Notes: a model not told the origin generated them from the sequence alone. A DNA stretch of 64,000 nucleotides from Candidatus Poseidoniaceae archaeon (GCA_028822845.1 JAPKCS010000001.1:159964-223963), one strand, 5' to 3'; numbered from the stretch's first letter, positions 1-10,544 are shown. Made by a program: numbers and translations.

Positions 1-2
1 CT

Positions 3-527
3 GGTGGCGACACCAGAACACCTCTTGATCTTCGAAACCCAACATCGAGTGGTCCAGCCCGTCGTTGGGTGATTATTCGTGATTTGAAAACCGTTAATGG
101 TCCAAAGGTTGGCGAAAGCGGGAAGCGTCATCTAAAGGCACTGTTCAATGAAATCCAACTGGGTCTTTACGCCCGGGCTTGGGAACTTGCTCATCCAGGC
201 GATCGTGTCGTTGGCGTCGGCGTCATGGAAGTTGGTGAAGGTTCAACCCATTACGTTGAACTCGATCCAGAAATCGAACCTTACCTCGACGGACTTTCGC
301 TTGGTGAACGCACGCTGCTAAGCGCCAACCAGTTCCGATTTTCTGATGATGACTCCTATCAGAGCAACGGGTTCCGAGCATGGATGAATGAGCGGCTACA
401 GACTGCTCGTCGAGCCGTGGACACTGCAGCTTCAGGTCACATCCATCCTGTCCCAAGTTCCTCATGTTCCTTTTGTAATGTCAGGTCAATTTGCCCATCG
501 TCCGTCCTTGGAGGTGAGTCACGTTGA
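3..527 (+). CDS. C-terminal PD-(D/E)XK nuclease domain of an AddB/RexB-like subunit (5'-partial)
   Basis: Frame is open from the window edge. It has IRDLKT and QLGLY nuclease motifs and a terminal C-x2-C-x5-C (CSFCNVRSIC) Fe-S staple. Its stop overlaps the start of the downstream helicase. Confidence 0.75.
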   Translation, partial: GGDTRTPLDLRNPTSSGPARRWVIIRDLKTVNGPKVGESGKRHLKALFNEIQLGLYARAWELAHPGDRVVGVGVMEVGEGSTHYVELDPEIEPYLDGLSLGERTLLSANQFRFSDDDSYQSNGFRAWMNERLQTARRAVDTAASGHIHPVPSSSCSFCNVRSICPSSVLGGESR

Positions 528-3500
528 GCAACAATCGAATCCCGTTCAACCGCAGTCAGCGCCTGGGCCTTGACATCGATCGGCACATCGCCCTCGATGC
601 TGGTGCAGGGACTGGGAAGACCACAGTGATGGCTGAGCGTTATGTTCAACACCTCATTTCACCCCTTCAACGCTCAACATTGGTGCTTCCAAACGGACCA
701 AGAGAGCCTTTGAGCGGGCATGGTTCGTTGCGCGCTCCTGCACGTGAGCGGACAGAACGCAAGGCATGGCAAGGCTTGCTTCCAAGCGAAGTTGTGGCGA
801 TTACATTCACCAGAAAGGCCGCATCCGAACTGAAGGCGCGAATCAGAGCGCGGGTCGCAGCGACCAGGAAATCACCGGTCCAGGGCGGCGATGATGCTGG
901 TATTTTTGATCCGAGAATCAGCTCGGATGCCGATGTAGAGATGCTCCTTTCATCGCTTGATGAAGCACCGATTTCAACCATTGACGCCTTCCTTTCCCAA
1001 TTGCTTGCCCCTCACTTGGATTTGGTTGCGGTCCATCCGAGCCGCGAGCAAATTGCCCAAGAACGAGCACCATTGTTGATTGAAGAAGCCCTGCATTCTG
1101 CATGGCGAATTCGAACGGTAAACGATGCCCAAGAAGCAGGTGTTTTGGGCTACGTCAATTCTTTTATCGAGGCCAGAAATCGGCTTGCTGTAGCGCTTGG
1201 TGGCCAAGAGCAAGCCTCAGTCGTGTTGTCGGGCATGCTCAACAAATCTCTCTTCGTAGAGGAATCAAAGCGAGCCATTGAAGCCCATTCGCTGCGTTTA
1301 GGGGCCCCATTTAGCCATGACACTCAGATCCCTGAACAGTTGTTTTTGGAGATGTTTTTACAACCGATTGCCGAGGACATCGATTCCTTTGCAGTGGAAC
1401 TCCATGCTCTTCTCAATGATTACATCGACCTGTATTTACCCCACGCCACATCCTACATCGATCCAGCACAGGCGACTGCTGGAGGACCAGAAACACGCTT
1501 CAATCATCTGCGTCATATGGCGCGCCATGCTTTCGACGAGGAACCCTTGCTCCGGATGCAATGGGTTTGGAACACGGCGATTGCAGCCGGAGGGAAAATC
1601 AAAACAGATGGAACCAAAACCACATTCTTCCCAAACGGGGCCCTCCCTCCAACCAGCACCAGTGGCTGGCATCCTGGTTTGCTCACAAAATCAAAGGCAA
1701 AAGGCGTGACGGGAAGTCAAAAAGATGCGATCAATGCGAGCGCAAAAGCCCTTGGAGAAACGATGTCCAATATGCTCAATTCTCAAACCGGTCGGCTCAT
1801 TTGCTTGATGGGGCGCAGCGCCACTTTGCTATCGCCAGCCATCGAATCCCCCTACATCCCTGAAGGAAGCACGTACAGCTTGACCGAACTTGAAGTTCAA
1901 CTTCCCGAAACGATGGGCGATGTTGGAAACATGAGGGTCGGTGCAGCACTCCAGTCTCAGATTCTTTTGGATCTGTTGAGGGTTCACGAGGCTTGCAAGG
2001 ATATTCTCGCCCAACTGAAGGCGCATGAAGGGGTGCATGATTTTGATGACATCCAAAACCTTGCAGCAGATTTACTGCTTGCTCGGTGCCCAGACATGGT
2101 TCGATTTGACTATCCCGTTGCTGTGGTTGAGGCTTTGGACGGTCTCGGCAACGAGCCTTGGAGCGATCATCATATTTCCAGAGCGCTCATACTTGCAGGA
2201 GATAACGAAGCATGTGCGATGGATTTGCAACGAAGGCACCACGTCCTCCAAACCATTCGTCGGCAATACCGCGCCTTCATCATCGATGAATATCAAGACA
2301 CCAACCCCGCCCACTTCCGTCTTTTAGCACGCTTGTGGGGTCACAGATCTTTACATCACGGTGAGCCAGAACGCCCGCTCGGTCCTTGGGATCCAACCGT
2401 TTGTATTGTCGGTGATATGAAGCAGAGTATCTACAGGTTCCGGCAGGCAGAGGTGTCCGTTATGAGGCGTGCAGTCGCCGCAATTATGGCTGCCAATGAA
2501 GATGAATTGTACGAAAGTCGCTGGCCGCCAGAGGTTCGCCGAGACGGCTATGGGCGGGACCCGCGACCACTTGGTGCGGGCGGTGAAACTTCAGCGTTCA
2601 TCACGGCTGATGCGTTAGTTCCAGGCGAAGTTGTTTCACAGGCATGGACTCATGTGAGCCTTGGAACCGATACTGGCGATTATGCTCCAGAATTTTCGGG
2701 TGGAGACAGGCAAATGTTCAGGCAGCATGGACTCATTGACCTCACCAGCAACTACAGGACCAAACCAAACCTCGTTCACACCATGAATGGCATTTTCAGG
2801 GACGTGTTTCATCCACGCCACCACCTTTTACCAGGCGAATGGCACGCTACAGCGCAAGACCTTGAGGCTGGCCGGCCGGCTGAAGACACCCCAGGTGTCC
2901 TTGAGTGGCTCATGCCGTTGAGCACGGAAGAAGGCGTAGTTTCCTCTGACCTTTCCGTGCCCGTTGATGTGTTTTCAAACAAGAAATCGAAGGACATACA
3001 CTTGGAACACGAACTGATTGCTGCCCGGCTTTCAGCGCTTCTTCAGGGACAAACCACCCAGGTGTGGAGCGCAGCAGACAAAGCGTTCCGGGATGTTGAG
3101 GGCCAAGATGCGGCAGTCGATCCCTCAGATGTCATGATCTTAGTGCACTCTCGAAAGCACGTTCCAGATCTGATTCGTCGTCTACAACAACGAGGTATTC
3201 CCGTGGTTGCGGACCGCCAAGGGAGTTTGCTTGGAAGACCAATCGTCCAGCCATTGATGGCTTTGCTCAATCTGATTGCCAACCCCGGTTCGCGGGCGGC
3301 TGTGCTCGGTATTGCTCGCTCACCGGTGCTCGGTTTTACCGATGGCCAAATCCAGACCATGATGGAGCAATCACCAGAGGGCGATTGGTGGAACCATCTG
3401 GAACACCATGCACCAAACCAAAGCATCGCTACTTTAGTGGCCCATTTAGGCCGCCTTGTTCGAAAAGGAGCGTTGTATGAAGTCGTCGATGCGGTGCTCG

Positions 3501-5518
3501 ATCATTCAGATTTGCTCGTTGCTTTCCCAGAGGATACAGATCGTCAAAACGCAGAGGCATGGTACAGTTTAGCGGCTTCGATTGGCAACGAACTTGGGCA
3601 TGAAGCAGCAGCGATCCATGAACGGATGTGTGAGCTACAACGCTTGGGCCAGAAAGGTCCCTCGGCAACCAATGTGCCAGCAGGTGGAGCCGTTCGAATC
3701 ATGACGGTGCACAACGCCAAAGGGTTGGAAGCCGATGTTGTGTTTGTTGCTGGCTTGTTCAAAGCAGGAGCCTCAGATACACAACTGAACACCAAAGAAA
3801 ACGTGCTTGTGACGCCCCAAATTATCGCTGGGCGAATCAATCCATGGCGTTCCCTCACCAGGCCTCAAGATGGATTATGGGAGTTCACCCTTCAACTGGA
3901 CCAAGCTCAGACTCAAGCAGAACGCCGTCGTTCGTTCTATGTGGCGCTCACCCGAGCCCGGGACCGTCTGATTCTTGTCGGTGCACATAAGAACGCATCA
4001 ACCATCAATCCAGCGTCAGGTGAACTCGAAGTTGATTCCAAAGCATCAAGGAAAACCATGGGCGGTATGTGGATCGAAGGGCTCAGGAGCCTTGCGCATG
4101 AAGGACAAATCGCAGATTCACCATGGTTGTTGACTGACGATTTATCACACCAAACCCTGACTCCCTATGACAAAACGACCCTCTGTCTCGATCCTTTCTC
4201 CCTCTCTCAGAACGCTCAATTGGGTGAAGAAGCCATCCAATCGGTTCGAATTTATCATCATCCAGACTGTTTTGAAGCAGGTCAAAAAAGCACGCCTTTG
4301 GAAGATTGGCGGCTCTTGGAACAACGGATCGAGGACCTCCCCGTCGAGCCCCAACCCCAGAGCCCACCGCTCATGGTCAAGGAATCCGTTCGCATGACTG
4401 CTCACGGACTGGACACCAGCAACCTCTGCCATCGCCGCCACTGGTTGTCCGAAGTCAAAGGGTGGATGCCTGAAAAACTCAACTTGATTGGAGCGAAGAA
4501 CGAATCGAGGGGAACGTCGAGGCAGTATCCACTGGCAACTGTGTTTGGGACCATGATGCACCGTTTGGTGGAACTTGGTCTGGCCAACCCTTCACCCCGT
4601 GCAGCGCCTCATTCAGTCACCCTTCCTGCTGCCTGGCAGTTCGAGGGGAAAGACGGGCTCGATGACAAGGCTATGATCGATGTTGTTCTCGCGGAAGAGG
4701 GGTACATTCGGGGCACAAAAGATGCTTCAAATCATGTCGCCAAACGAGCAGGTGAACGTTTAGCCGAACTTGGTTCGCTGGTTCGAAATGGCTTGCTTGG
4801 AAAATTAGCAGCGGGAGAAACTCATTTCGGCCTTACAGTCGAGGGTCTGCGGACAGAATTGCCCTTCTACTATTCTCACAGTGTTGGCGTTGATGGTTTG
4901 AAGCGAACCACGTTCGATGTCGTCGAACCGAGCAACCATGCCACCATCGAAGACCTGACCTTGATTTTCGACGGGCGGGCAGACTTGGTGCTCGCCCTTC
5001 GCAATGAGGCCAACCAAGGTTTCCTCCAGATTGTCGATCTCAAAACCAAGGGATGCCGTGATGGATTTAATGCCACCAATCCGTCAAAGGGAACAGCGCT
5101 TCAACATTACAAGGATGACCTGCTCAATCCAAAACCATCCACCGATGCAGAACGTGCTCTTCTGGAGGAACACCGCCTTCAACTGACGCTGTATTCCATG
5201 GCGCTCGAGGCCATTGAAAAGAGCAAACCTGCTAAAGAACAACGAACGATTCTTCCTCCTGCTTTGCTCGTTGGGGCATCGGGCCGAATGATACAGTTGT
5301 CACCCGAAGCATTTGTCAAAGCCCGAAAAGACCTCGAAGATCAACTCGAGTGGATCGGCCATCTTGCCGTGGTTCCTGAAACGCTGGATGAGCCAGAGCG
5401 TCTTGATCCTGAAACATCCGAACCTTGCCAAACATGTCCGTTCTACACTGGCGATGTCCGGCTGTGTGGCCCAGCAGGCAGCCCACTCGGACTCGGTCCT
5501 TTTGATGCTGAAGTTTAG
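524..5518 (+). CDS. UvrD/AddA-family SF1 helicase fused to a C-terminal RecB-like nuclease
   Basis: Helicase motifs AGAGTGKT, ITFTRKAA, DEYQD, VGDMKQSIYRFR, LTSNYRT, MTVHNAKGLE and YVALTRARD. Nuclease motifs GTMMH, ELPF, DGRADL, IVDLKT and QLTLY. GGAGGTGA SD upstream. Confidence 0.9.
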   Translation: MSNNRIPFNRSQRLGLDIDRHIALDAGAGTGKTTVMAERYVQHLISPLQRSTLVLPNGPREPLSGHGSLRAPARERTERKAWQGLLPSEVVAITFTRKAASELKARIRARVAATRKSPVQGGDDAGIFDPRISSDADVEMLLSSLDEAPISTIDAFLSQLLAPHLDLVAVHPSREQIAQERAPLLIEEALHSAWRIRTVNDAQEAGVLGYVNSFIEARNRLAVALGGQEQASVVLSGMLNKSLFVEESKRAIEAHSLRLGAPFSHDTQIPEQLFLEMFLQPIAEDIDSFAVELHALLNDYIDLYLPHATSYIDPAQATAGGPETRFNHLRHMARHAFDEEPLLRMQWVWNTAIAAGGKIKTDGTKTTFFPNGALPPTSTSGWHPGLLTKSKAKGVTGSQKDAINASAKALGETMSNMLNSQTGRLICLMGRSATLLSPAIESPYIPEGSTYSLTELEVQLPETMGDVGNMRVGAALQSQILLDLLRVHEACKDILAQLKAHEGVHDFDDIQNLAADLLLARCPDMVRFDYPVAVVEALDGLGNEPWSDHHISRALILAGDNEACAMDLQRRHHVLQTIRRQYRAFIIDEYQDTNPAHFRLLARLWGHRSLHHGEPERPLGPWDPTVCIVGDMKQSIYRFRQAEVSVMRRAVAAIMAANEDELYESRWPPEVRRDGYGRDPRPLGAGGETSAFITADALVPGEVVSQAWTHVSLGTDTGDYAPEFSGGDRQMFRQHGLIDLTSNYRTKPNLVHTMNGIFRDVFHPRHHLLPGEWHATAQDLEAGRPAEDTPGVLEWLMPLSTEEGVVSSDLSVPVDVFSNKKSKDIHLEHELIAARLSALLQGQTTQVWSAADKAFRDVEGQDAAVDPSDVMILVHSRKHVPDLIRRLQQRGIPVVADRQGSLLGRPIVQPLMALLNLIANPGSRAAVLGIARSPVLGFTDGQIQTMMEQSPEGDWWNHLEHHAPNQSIATLVAHLGRLVRKGALYEVVDAVLDHSDLLVAFPEDTDRQNAEAWYSLAASIGNELGHEAAAIHERMCELQRLGQKGPSATNVPAGGAVRIMTVHNAKGLEADVVFVAGLFKAGASDTQLNTKENVLVTPQIIAGRINPWRSLTRPQDGLWEFTLQLDQAQTQAERRRSFYVALTRARDRLILVGAHKNASTINPASGELEVDSKASRKTMGGMWIEGLRSLAHEGQIADSPWLLTDDLSHQTLTPYDKTTLCLDPFSLSQNAQLGEEAIQSVRIYHHPDCFEAGQKSTPLEDWRLLEQRIEDLPVEPQPQSPPLMVKESVRMTAHGLDTSNLCHRRHWLSEVKGWMPEKLNLIGAKNESRGTSRQYPLATVFGTMMHRLVELGLANPSPRAAPHSVTLPAAWQFEGKDGLDDKAMIDVVLAEEGYIRGTKDASNHVAKRAGERLAELGSLVRNGLLGKLAAGETHFGLTVEGLRTELPFYYSHSVGVDGLKRTTFDVVEPSNHATIEDLTLIFDGRADLVLALRNEANQGFLQIVDLKTKGCRDGFNATNPSKGTALQHYKDDLLNPKPSTDAERALLEEHRLQLTLYSMALEAIEKSKPAKEQRTILPPALLVGASGRMIQLSPEAFVKARKDLEDQLEWIGHLAVVPETLDEPERLDPETSEPCQTCPFYTGDVRLCGPAGSPLGLGPFDAEV

Positions 5519-6135
5519 TTGGCCAGTTTCTTGCCCATCATGACGAGCGTGCCGACAAAATCATCGGTTGCTGCGACTCGGTGCATCTCGACATCAACAA
5601 ACCCAGCATCGGTCATGGCCTGTTCCCATTGTGCTTGACTCAACAACGTCATGTGCACGTTCAAAGCCGAAGGCCATCCATGACTGTCATCGTTTTCGAG
5701 GTAGTGGTCCACTCCGGCCACCAACACTCCACCATCGCTCAACCAACCGTCATGCAGTGCTTTGAGCATCGAGGCGGGGTCGTGGAGGTAGTAGAGGAAT
5801 TCCATTGAGTGGAGCAAATCAAAACGCTCATTCGGTTGCCATTCAGGTAAGAGTGCGAGATGAAACTCTCCGTCGCCAAGGCTGCGTGCCTTTTCGATCA
5901 TTGCCTGTGACCCATCGACACCAACCGCATGCGTGCATCCGTCGGTTGCTTCGATTGCTCTGCAGACCCATCCGTTTCCACACCCGACATCAATGGCAGA
6001 AAATGGCTTTCCAACCTTTGGCAGAGCTAAGTTCAGCATCGCAGTGACAGAGGCGGCATGGCCTCGCTCCATGCCTTCGTCCTTGTTCTTGTTCGCCCAT
6101 TCTGAAAACAGATCAGTAGCCGCTCGGGTGGTCAT
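5515..6135 (-). CDS. Class I SAM-dependent methyltransferase
   Basis: IDVGCGNG motif I, GVDGSQAMI and FDLLHSMEFLYY. Start moved to ATG 6135, which has a TTCAT box 29 nt upstream and avoids overlap with pip. Confidence 0.8.
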   Translation of the reverse strand: MTTRAATDLFSEWANKNKDEGMERGHAASVTAMLNLALPKVGKPFSAIDVGCGNGWVCRAIEATDGCTHAVGVDGSQAMIEKARSLGDGEFHLALLPEWQPNERFDLLHSMEFLYYLHDPASMLKALHDGWLSDGGVLVAGVDHYLENDDSHGWPSALNVHMTLLSQAQWEQAMTDAGFVDVEMHRVAATDDFVGTLVMMGKKLAN

Positions 6136-6187
6136 GCACCGTGGCTTACCCCCCGTTCCATGAAGATGCCTCTCAAACGAAAGGCAC

Positions 6188-7180
6188 ATGGTTGGTCGTT
6201 CCGTGGCCGAAACCATGCTGGACACAACCGCCACACTCGAAGACGTGCTCTACCCACCGATTGAGGCCTATGATGCTGGAACGCTTCAAGTGACAGATCT
6301 TCATACAATCGCCTGGGAGAAAACAGGAAACCCGGTAGGAATTCCAGTCGTTGTGATCCACGGCGGGCCCGGCGGCGGCGGACAACCAACCTACCGGCAA
6401 TACTTCGATCCAGAGCAATTTCACATCATCCAATTCGATCAACGAGGCTGTGGAAAATCCACGCCGCACGCTGAATTGAGGGACAACACAACTCAGGCCA
6501 TGGTCGCAGACATTGAAGCGCTCCGGGTGTCTTTTGGCATTGAGGAATGGCATGTCTTTGGAGGTTCATGGGGTTCGACGCTTTCCCTCATTTATGCCCA
6601 GACATATCCTGAACGGGTCATCAGTCTCGTTCTACGTGGCATATTCATGTGCAGAAAGAGTGAATTGAAATGGTTCTACCAAGACGGGGCCAGCCACATA
6701 TTCCCCGATGCATTTGAGCCCTACAGAGAGCACATCCCAGAAGAAGAACGCTCAGATCTGATTCAAGCCTATCACACCCGCCTCACCAGTGAAGATGGCG
6801 AAGTTCGCCGTGCTGCTGCAAAGGAATGGACCCGATGGGAGATGGCTACGAGCAGGTTGTTCCCTGACCCATCCTACCTCGAAAAAGCAGATGATTTGGA
6901 TTTCGCAGTTGCCTTTGCACGCATTGAATGCCATTATTTCATCAACGCAATCTTTGTTGAAGAAGCACACATCCTCAACCACGCATCCATCATTGAACAC
7001 ATCCCTACAGTGATTGTACAAGGCCGGTATGATGTGGTTTGCCCTGCGCGGAGTGCCTGGGAATTGCACAAAGCCTTGCCAAACAGCCGCTTGGTTATGG
7101 TGCCCGATGCCGGACACTCAATGGGTGAAGTAAGCATTGCTCGCGAACTCGTTTCTGCAACAAACGCCCTCTGCGAATGA
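6188..7180 (+). CDS. pip: Proline iminopeptidase
   Basis: HGGPG oxyanion motif, FDQRGCGKS, GGSWG nucleophile elbow, QGRYD and AGHS. Alternative start at 6215. Confidence 0.93.
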   Translation: MVGRSVAETMLDTTATLEDVLYPPIEAYDAGTLQVTDLHTIAWEKTGNPVGIPVVVIHGGPGGGGQPTYRQYFDPEQFHIIQFDQRGCGKSTPHAELRDNTTQAMVADIEALRVSFGIEEWHVFGGSWGSTLSLIYAQTYPERVISLVLRGIFMCRKSELKWFYQDGASHIFPDAFEPYREHIPEEERSDLIQAYHTRLTSEDGEVRRAAAKEWTRWEMATSRLFPDPSYLEKADDLDFAVAFARIECHYFINAIFVEEAHILNHASIIEHIPTVIVQGRYDVVCPARSAWELHKALPNSRLVMVPDAGHSMGEVSIARELVSATNALCE

Positions 7181-7281
7181 CCGACGCTCGCGTTCAAGGC
7201 CATTTACGGGGTCGTTTAGGCGTCGGCTTGATAGGGTGGAGTTAGGTGGACTCGCATGGAGGCTTGCCTCCCGGTGAAACC

Positions 7282-8070
7282 ATGACAGAAGAAGGGACCG
7301 TCACGCCAGAGATTCGAATCCAGCAACTTGAGGAACAACTCTCGACTGAGACGGACCGTCTTCAGAAGTTGTTTGCAGCGTATGAAGCTGTAGAAAAGGA
7401 CCTTTTTGATTCACGAACTGAAAATGAAGTCCTCGAAAAGGAAATCATTGAACGTGAAATCGAAAAAGAAACCCAAGAAGCGCTCCTCAATGAGCGTGAA
7501 ATCCGGGTTCGAGAACTTGAACTTCGTGCAGTGAAGGCAGGAAAGCAGGTCGAACACCTCAAGCCAGAACTCGAAAAGATGGAAGAGAAATATTCCCGTG
7601 AAAAAGATCGCCTCGGTAAGGTGTTCGGAATTGCAGAAGAACTCGATAACGATCTCCGCCTCGCCGTTTCAGAAATGAAGGCTCGTGACGACTGGTACGT
7701 CGGCCACATGCAAATCTTCGAAGACCTCAACAAGGCCATCAAGGAACGCTATGAGATGATTGAGCGAGCTGTTGAAGCCGAGCGCAAATCACAGCACATG
7801 TCCCGTGCGTTCACTGAGCGAATGGACGACATGGTCGATGCACGAGCAGCCGACATGACCATCGAAAAAGCAGAACAAATCTCCACTGAAACCGATTCAG
7901 CCACCGTTGAAGTCGTTGGCGAGGAAGAAGTCGAAGAACCTCTTGACGAGGCCACTCCGGACACCAGCGAAGAAGCACCAGCAGAGGAACCATCCAAAGC
8001 CACCGACGTGGAAGCCAAAGCGGCATCTCCTGAAGGTTGGTCCGACGGTGACGACCCCTGGGCAGAGTGA
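7282..8070 (+). CDS. Hypothetical coiled-coil protein with acidic disordered C-terminus
   Basis: About 190 aa of E/K/R/L-rich heptad-like sequence, then an acidic tail ending DDPWAE. GGTGA SD before ATG 7282. Confidence 0.75.
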   Translation: MTEEGTVTPEIRIQQLEEQLSTETDRLQKLFAAYEAVEKDLFDSRTENEVLEKEIIEREIEKETQEALLNEREIRVRELELRAVKAGKQVEHLKPELEKMEEKYSREKDRLGKVFGIAEELDNDLRLAVSEMKARDDWYVGHMQIFEDLNKAIKERYEMIERAVEAERKSQHMSRAFTERMDDMVDARAADMTIEKAEQISTETDSATVEVVGEEEVEEPLDEATPDTSEEAPAEEPSKATDVEAKAASPEGWSDGDDPWAE

Positions 8071-8079
8071 GGCTTTCCA

Positions 8080-8928
8080 ATGACTGGGCTGGCCCATGGC
8101 GGCCATGCGCCGGTGCTCATCACGTTCATGATGGGCGTGAGTTCCATCATCGTTGGTTCACTCATTGATCCGTTGAGTGGGTTGATCCCCCTTTTCGGCA
8201 TCCTGTGCCTGATGGCATCGGCCTTTTTCGTCAACTTTTGGCGCGATCCAGACCGTCCAATTCCAAAAGCATCCGGAATCTTAGTTTCTCCAGCCGACGG
8301 GCATGTCATGTTCATTCGTCGGGAGCGGGCCACAGGACGCCGTCCTTCGAAAACGGAACAGGAATCTGGCCTCATAGAAAGCGATGCACTGAGTGGGGAT
8401 TGGACCCCCGGCCCATGCAAGAACCCCCTCTCCTTCTCCACCGAACAACGGTTCGAAGCAGTGGCCTCGGGCGATGAAGATCCCAACGATGTGGTTCGAA
8501 TTGCCGTGTTTATGTCACCGCTCGACGTACACGTCAACCGTGCTCCAATGGCTTCAACCATTGAACACATGGAGCATCGGACTGGAAAGGGTTTGAAGCG
8601 CGGACCATTTCTCGCTGCTTACAAAAAAGAAAGCGAATACAATGAACGGGTGCGAACCGTGTTCCTGAACGACGATGGCGTTCGAATCGAAGTGACTCAG
8701 ATTTCAGGGGCCCTCGCTCGCACAATCATACCTTGGCAAGGCATCGGAGACGAAATGAGACGCGGCCAAAGGTACGGAATGATTCGCCTCGGCTCTCGTG
8801 TCGATGTACGGGTTCCTGCTCAGGCGTTCACATCCTCATTGATCTCAGCCGAGATGAACGATTCACAGCATCCAAAGGGCCAGTTTGTCCAAGCAGGGTC
8901 TTCAATTTTGTTTCACCCGAAGGCTTGA
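8080..8928 (+). CDS. psd: Phosphatidylserine/archaetidylserine decarboxylase proenzyme
   Basis: FWRDPDR, SPADG, FMSPLDVHVNRAP, NER and GMIRLGSRVD (LGS self-cleavage site), with N-terminal hydrophobic helices. Confidence 0.9.
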   Translation: MTGLAHGGHAPVLITFMMGVSSIIVGSLIDPLSGLIPLFGILCLMASAFFVNFWRDPDRPIPKASGILVSPADGHVMFIRRERATGRRPSKTEQESGLIESDALSGDWTPGPCKNPLSFSTEQRFEAVASGDEDPNDVVRIAVFMSPLDVHVNRAPMASTIEHMEHRTGKGLKRGPFLAAYKKESEYNERVRTVFLNDDGVRIEVTQISGALARTIIPWQGIGDEMRRGQRYGMIRLGSRVDVRVPAQAFTSSLISAEMNDSQHPKGQFVQAGSSILFHPKA

Positions 8929-8985
8929 GCCGCGTCGGTGGATTGAAACACACTTGACCAGCCAGTTGAATCAAGGGGGACTTCG

Positions 8986-10152
8986 ATGTCGAATCACAAA
9001 TCACTCACATTGGTCGGCGAAGGCAACAAAGGCGCTCGCATTCACGACCTGGTCAAAGCCCCTGCCAACACGCCCTGGGCAAAGGCCAGACAACAGTCCT
9101 GGGATGCCAATGAACCTGCCACTGTGTACTTCACTCCAGAAACGCTTGCAGATGGCACACCAACCAGCGCAGTAACCGTCATTTTGCGCACCAAGGGTTG
9201 CCATTGGTGGTGGTCGAGCGGCTGTACTTTTTGCGGTTATTTCAACGACACACGGGACGATGTAACCAACGAAGATTTGCACGCTCAATGGGCTTATGCA
9301 AAAAACAAATTTGATGATTTTAAGGACCATGGCATGGTCAAGGTCTACACCAGTGGCTCACTGCTCGAAGACCGAGAGATCCCCGTCCCATTCCAAGAAA
9401 CCGTGCTTCGTGATTGCCAAGAACTCGGCAAGGAGCTGATCGTTGAATCTCGCTGTGAGCAACTAACGGAAGAGAAGCTCGAATGGGCAACTTCGATCAA
9501 CACCAGTTTTGCTGTTGCAATTGGCCTCGAGGCGTATGATGATGAGGTGCTGAGGTTCCACGTCAACAAAGGATTCACCACCAAATCGTGGGACCGTGCG
9601 GTGACAAACCTCCAAAAATACAAGATTCGTGTGAAGACATACCTGATGTTCAAACCTCCATTCATGAACGAAGCAGATGCGTTGTTGCACGGCGTTAAGT
9701 GGATTGAAGCCGTTGCAGACCGAAGCGATGAGATTTCAGTGAATCCAATGAACATTCAACGAGGGACAATCATCGACCGATTGCACAGGCACAACGAGTA
9801 TCGGCCACCTTGGTTGTGGTCACTTGTTGAAATGATCACCAGAGCTCACCCAACCATTCATCCTCAAGGGACTGGAAACGGAGGCGCCGGCCAAGTGAGT
9901 CGGCTCATCGTCCACCCAACAGCAGGCGGAAGGGTTCGCGGTGCACACAATTGTGGTGCTTGCGACTCACATGTTGTTGCTGCAATCGAACGCTATGCAG
10001 TTTCAGGCGATATTCAAGAGTTTGATGGACTTGCGTGTGATTGTCAAAAAGCATGGGCTGAAGAAGTCGCTCTGGAACACGCATTGCCGACACCATTGGG
10101 CATTTCTAAACCCCGCCGAGGCAACCTATTGAACGCTCTCCGGGCGCCTTGA
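8986..10152 (+). CDS. Archaeosine biosynthesis radical SAM enzyme RaSEA (TIGR01210-type)
   Basis: ILRTKGC-x7-C-x2-C, VKVYTSGS, VAIGLE, INKG-like VNKG, YLMFKPPF, YRPPWLWS and RGAHNCG..C motifs. Confidence 0.85.
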   Translation: MSNHKSLTLVGEGNKGARIHDLVKAPANTPWAKARQQSWDANEPATVYFTPETLADGTPTSAVTVILRTKGCHWWWSSGCTFCGYFNDTRDDVTNEDLHAQWAYAKNKFDDFKDHGMVKVYTSGSLLEDREIPVPFQETVLRDCQELGKELIVESRCEQLTEEKLEWATSINTSFAVAIGLEAYDDEVLRFHVNKGFTTKSWDRAVTNLQKYKIRVKTYLMFKPPFMNEADALLHGVKWIEAVADRSDEISVNPMNIQRGTIIDRLHRHNEYRPPWLWSLVEMITRAHPTIHPQGTGNGGAGQVSRLIVHPTAGGRVRGAHNCGACDSHVVAAIERYAVSGDIQEFDGLACDCQKAWAEEVALEHALPTPLGISKPRRGNLLNALRAP

Positions 10153-10259
10153 TTGGTTCCCAGTAATCCCTCGTATCCCTCTTTGCGGGGTGTGAATCTT
10201 TATGACTGCTGTACGAGTGGGCGGAATGTCCCCTTTGGGGTCGTGTTCGGGTGAACCTC

Positions 10260-10532
10260 ATGACAAACGCAACCAGTCTCCCTGATGTAACCGTTGGAAC
10301 CGGCGAACCGGCTTCCAGTCGTATTCTTTTGACCCTCCTCTTTGTGGGCGTCATCGGCATGCTCGCTCTGTTCTCAAATGTCTTTGGATGGGATAACATC
10401 CCTCTCCTCGGCGAACTCGTGCCATTGATCGGTAATCTCGGCGGCAGTGGCATCTGGTACTACCTCATTGGGCTCTTGATTGGCCTAGGTGCGATTGTTG
10501 CATCGGTTTTAGCAGAGGTTATCGTCGATTAG
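10260..10532 (+). CDS. Small hypothetical membrane protein (about 2 TM)
   Basis: Hydrophobic ORF with GGTGA SD, ending 12 nt before the next gene. Confidence 0.7.
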   Translation: MTNATSLPDVTVGTGEPASSRILLTLLFVGVIGMLALFSNVFGWDNIPLLGELVPLIGNLGGSGIWYYLIGLLIGLGAIVASVLAEVIVD

Positions 10533-10544
10533 GAGGTGTGATGT

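Noticed and set aside
3..527. Cas4 / CRISPR-associated nuclease
   Set aside because: The Cys and PD-(D/E)XK motifs are shared with AddB, the gene is coupled to an AddA-like helicase, and I saw no cas genes or repeat-spacer array in the window.
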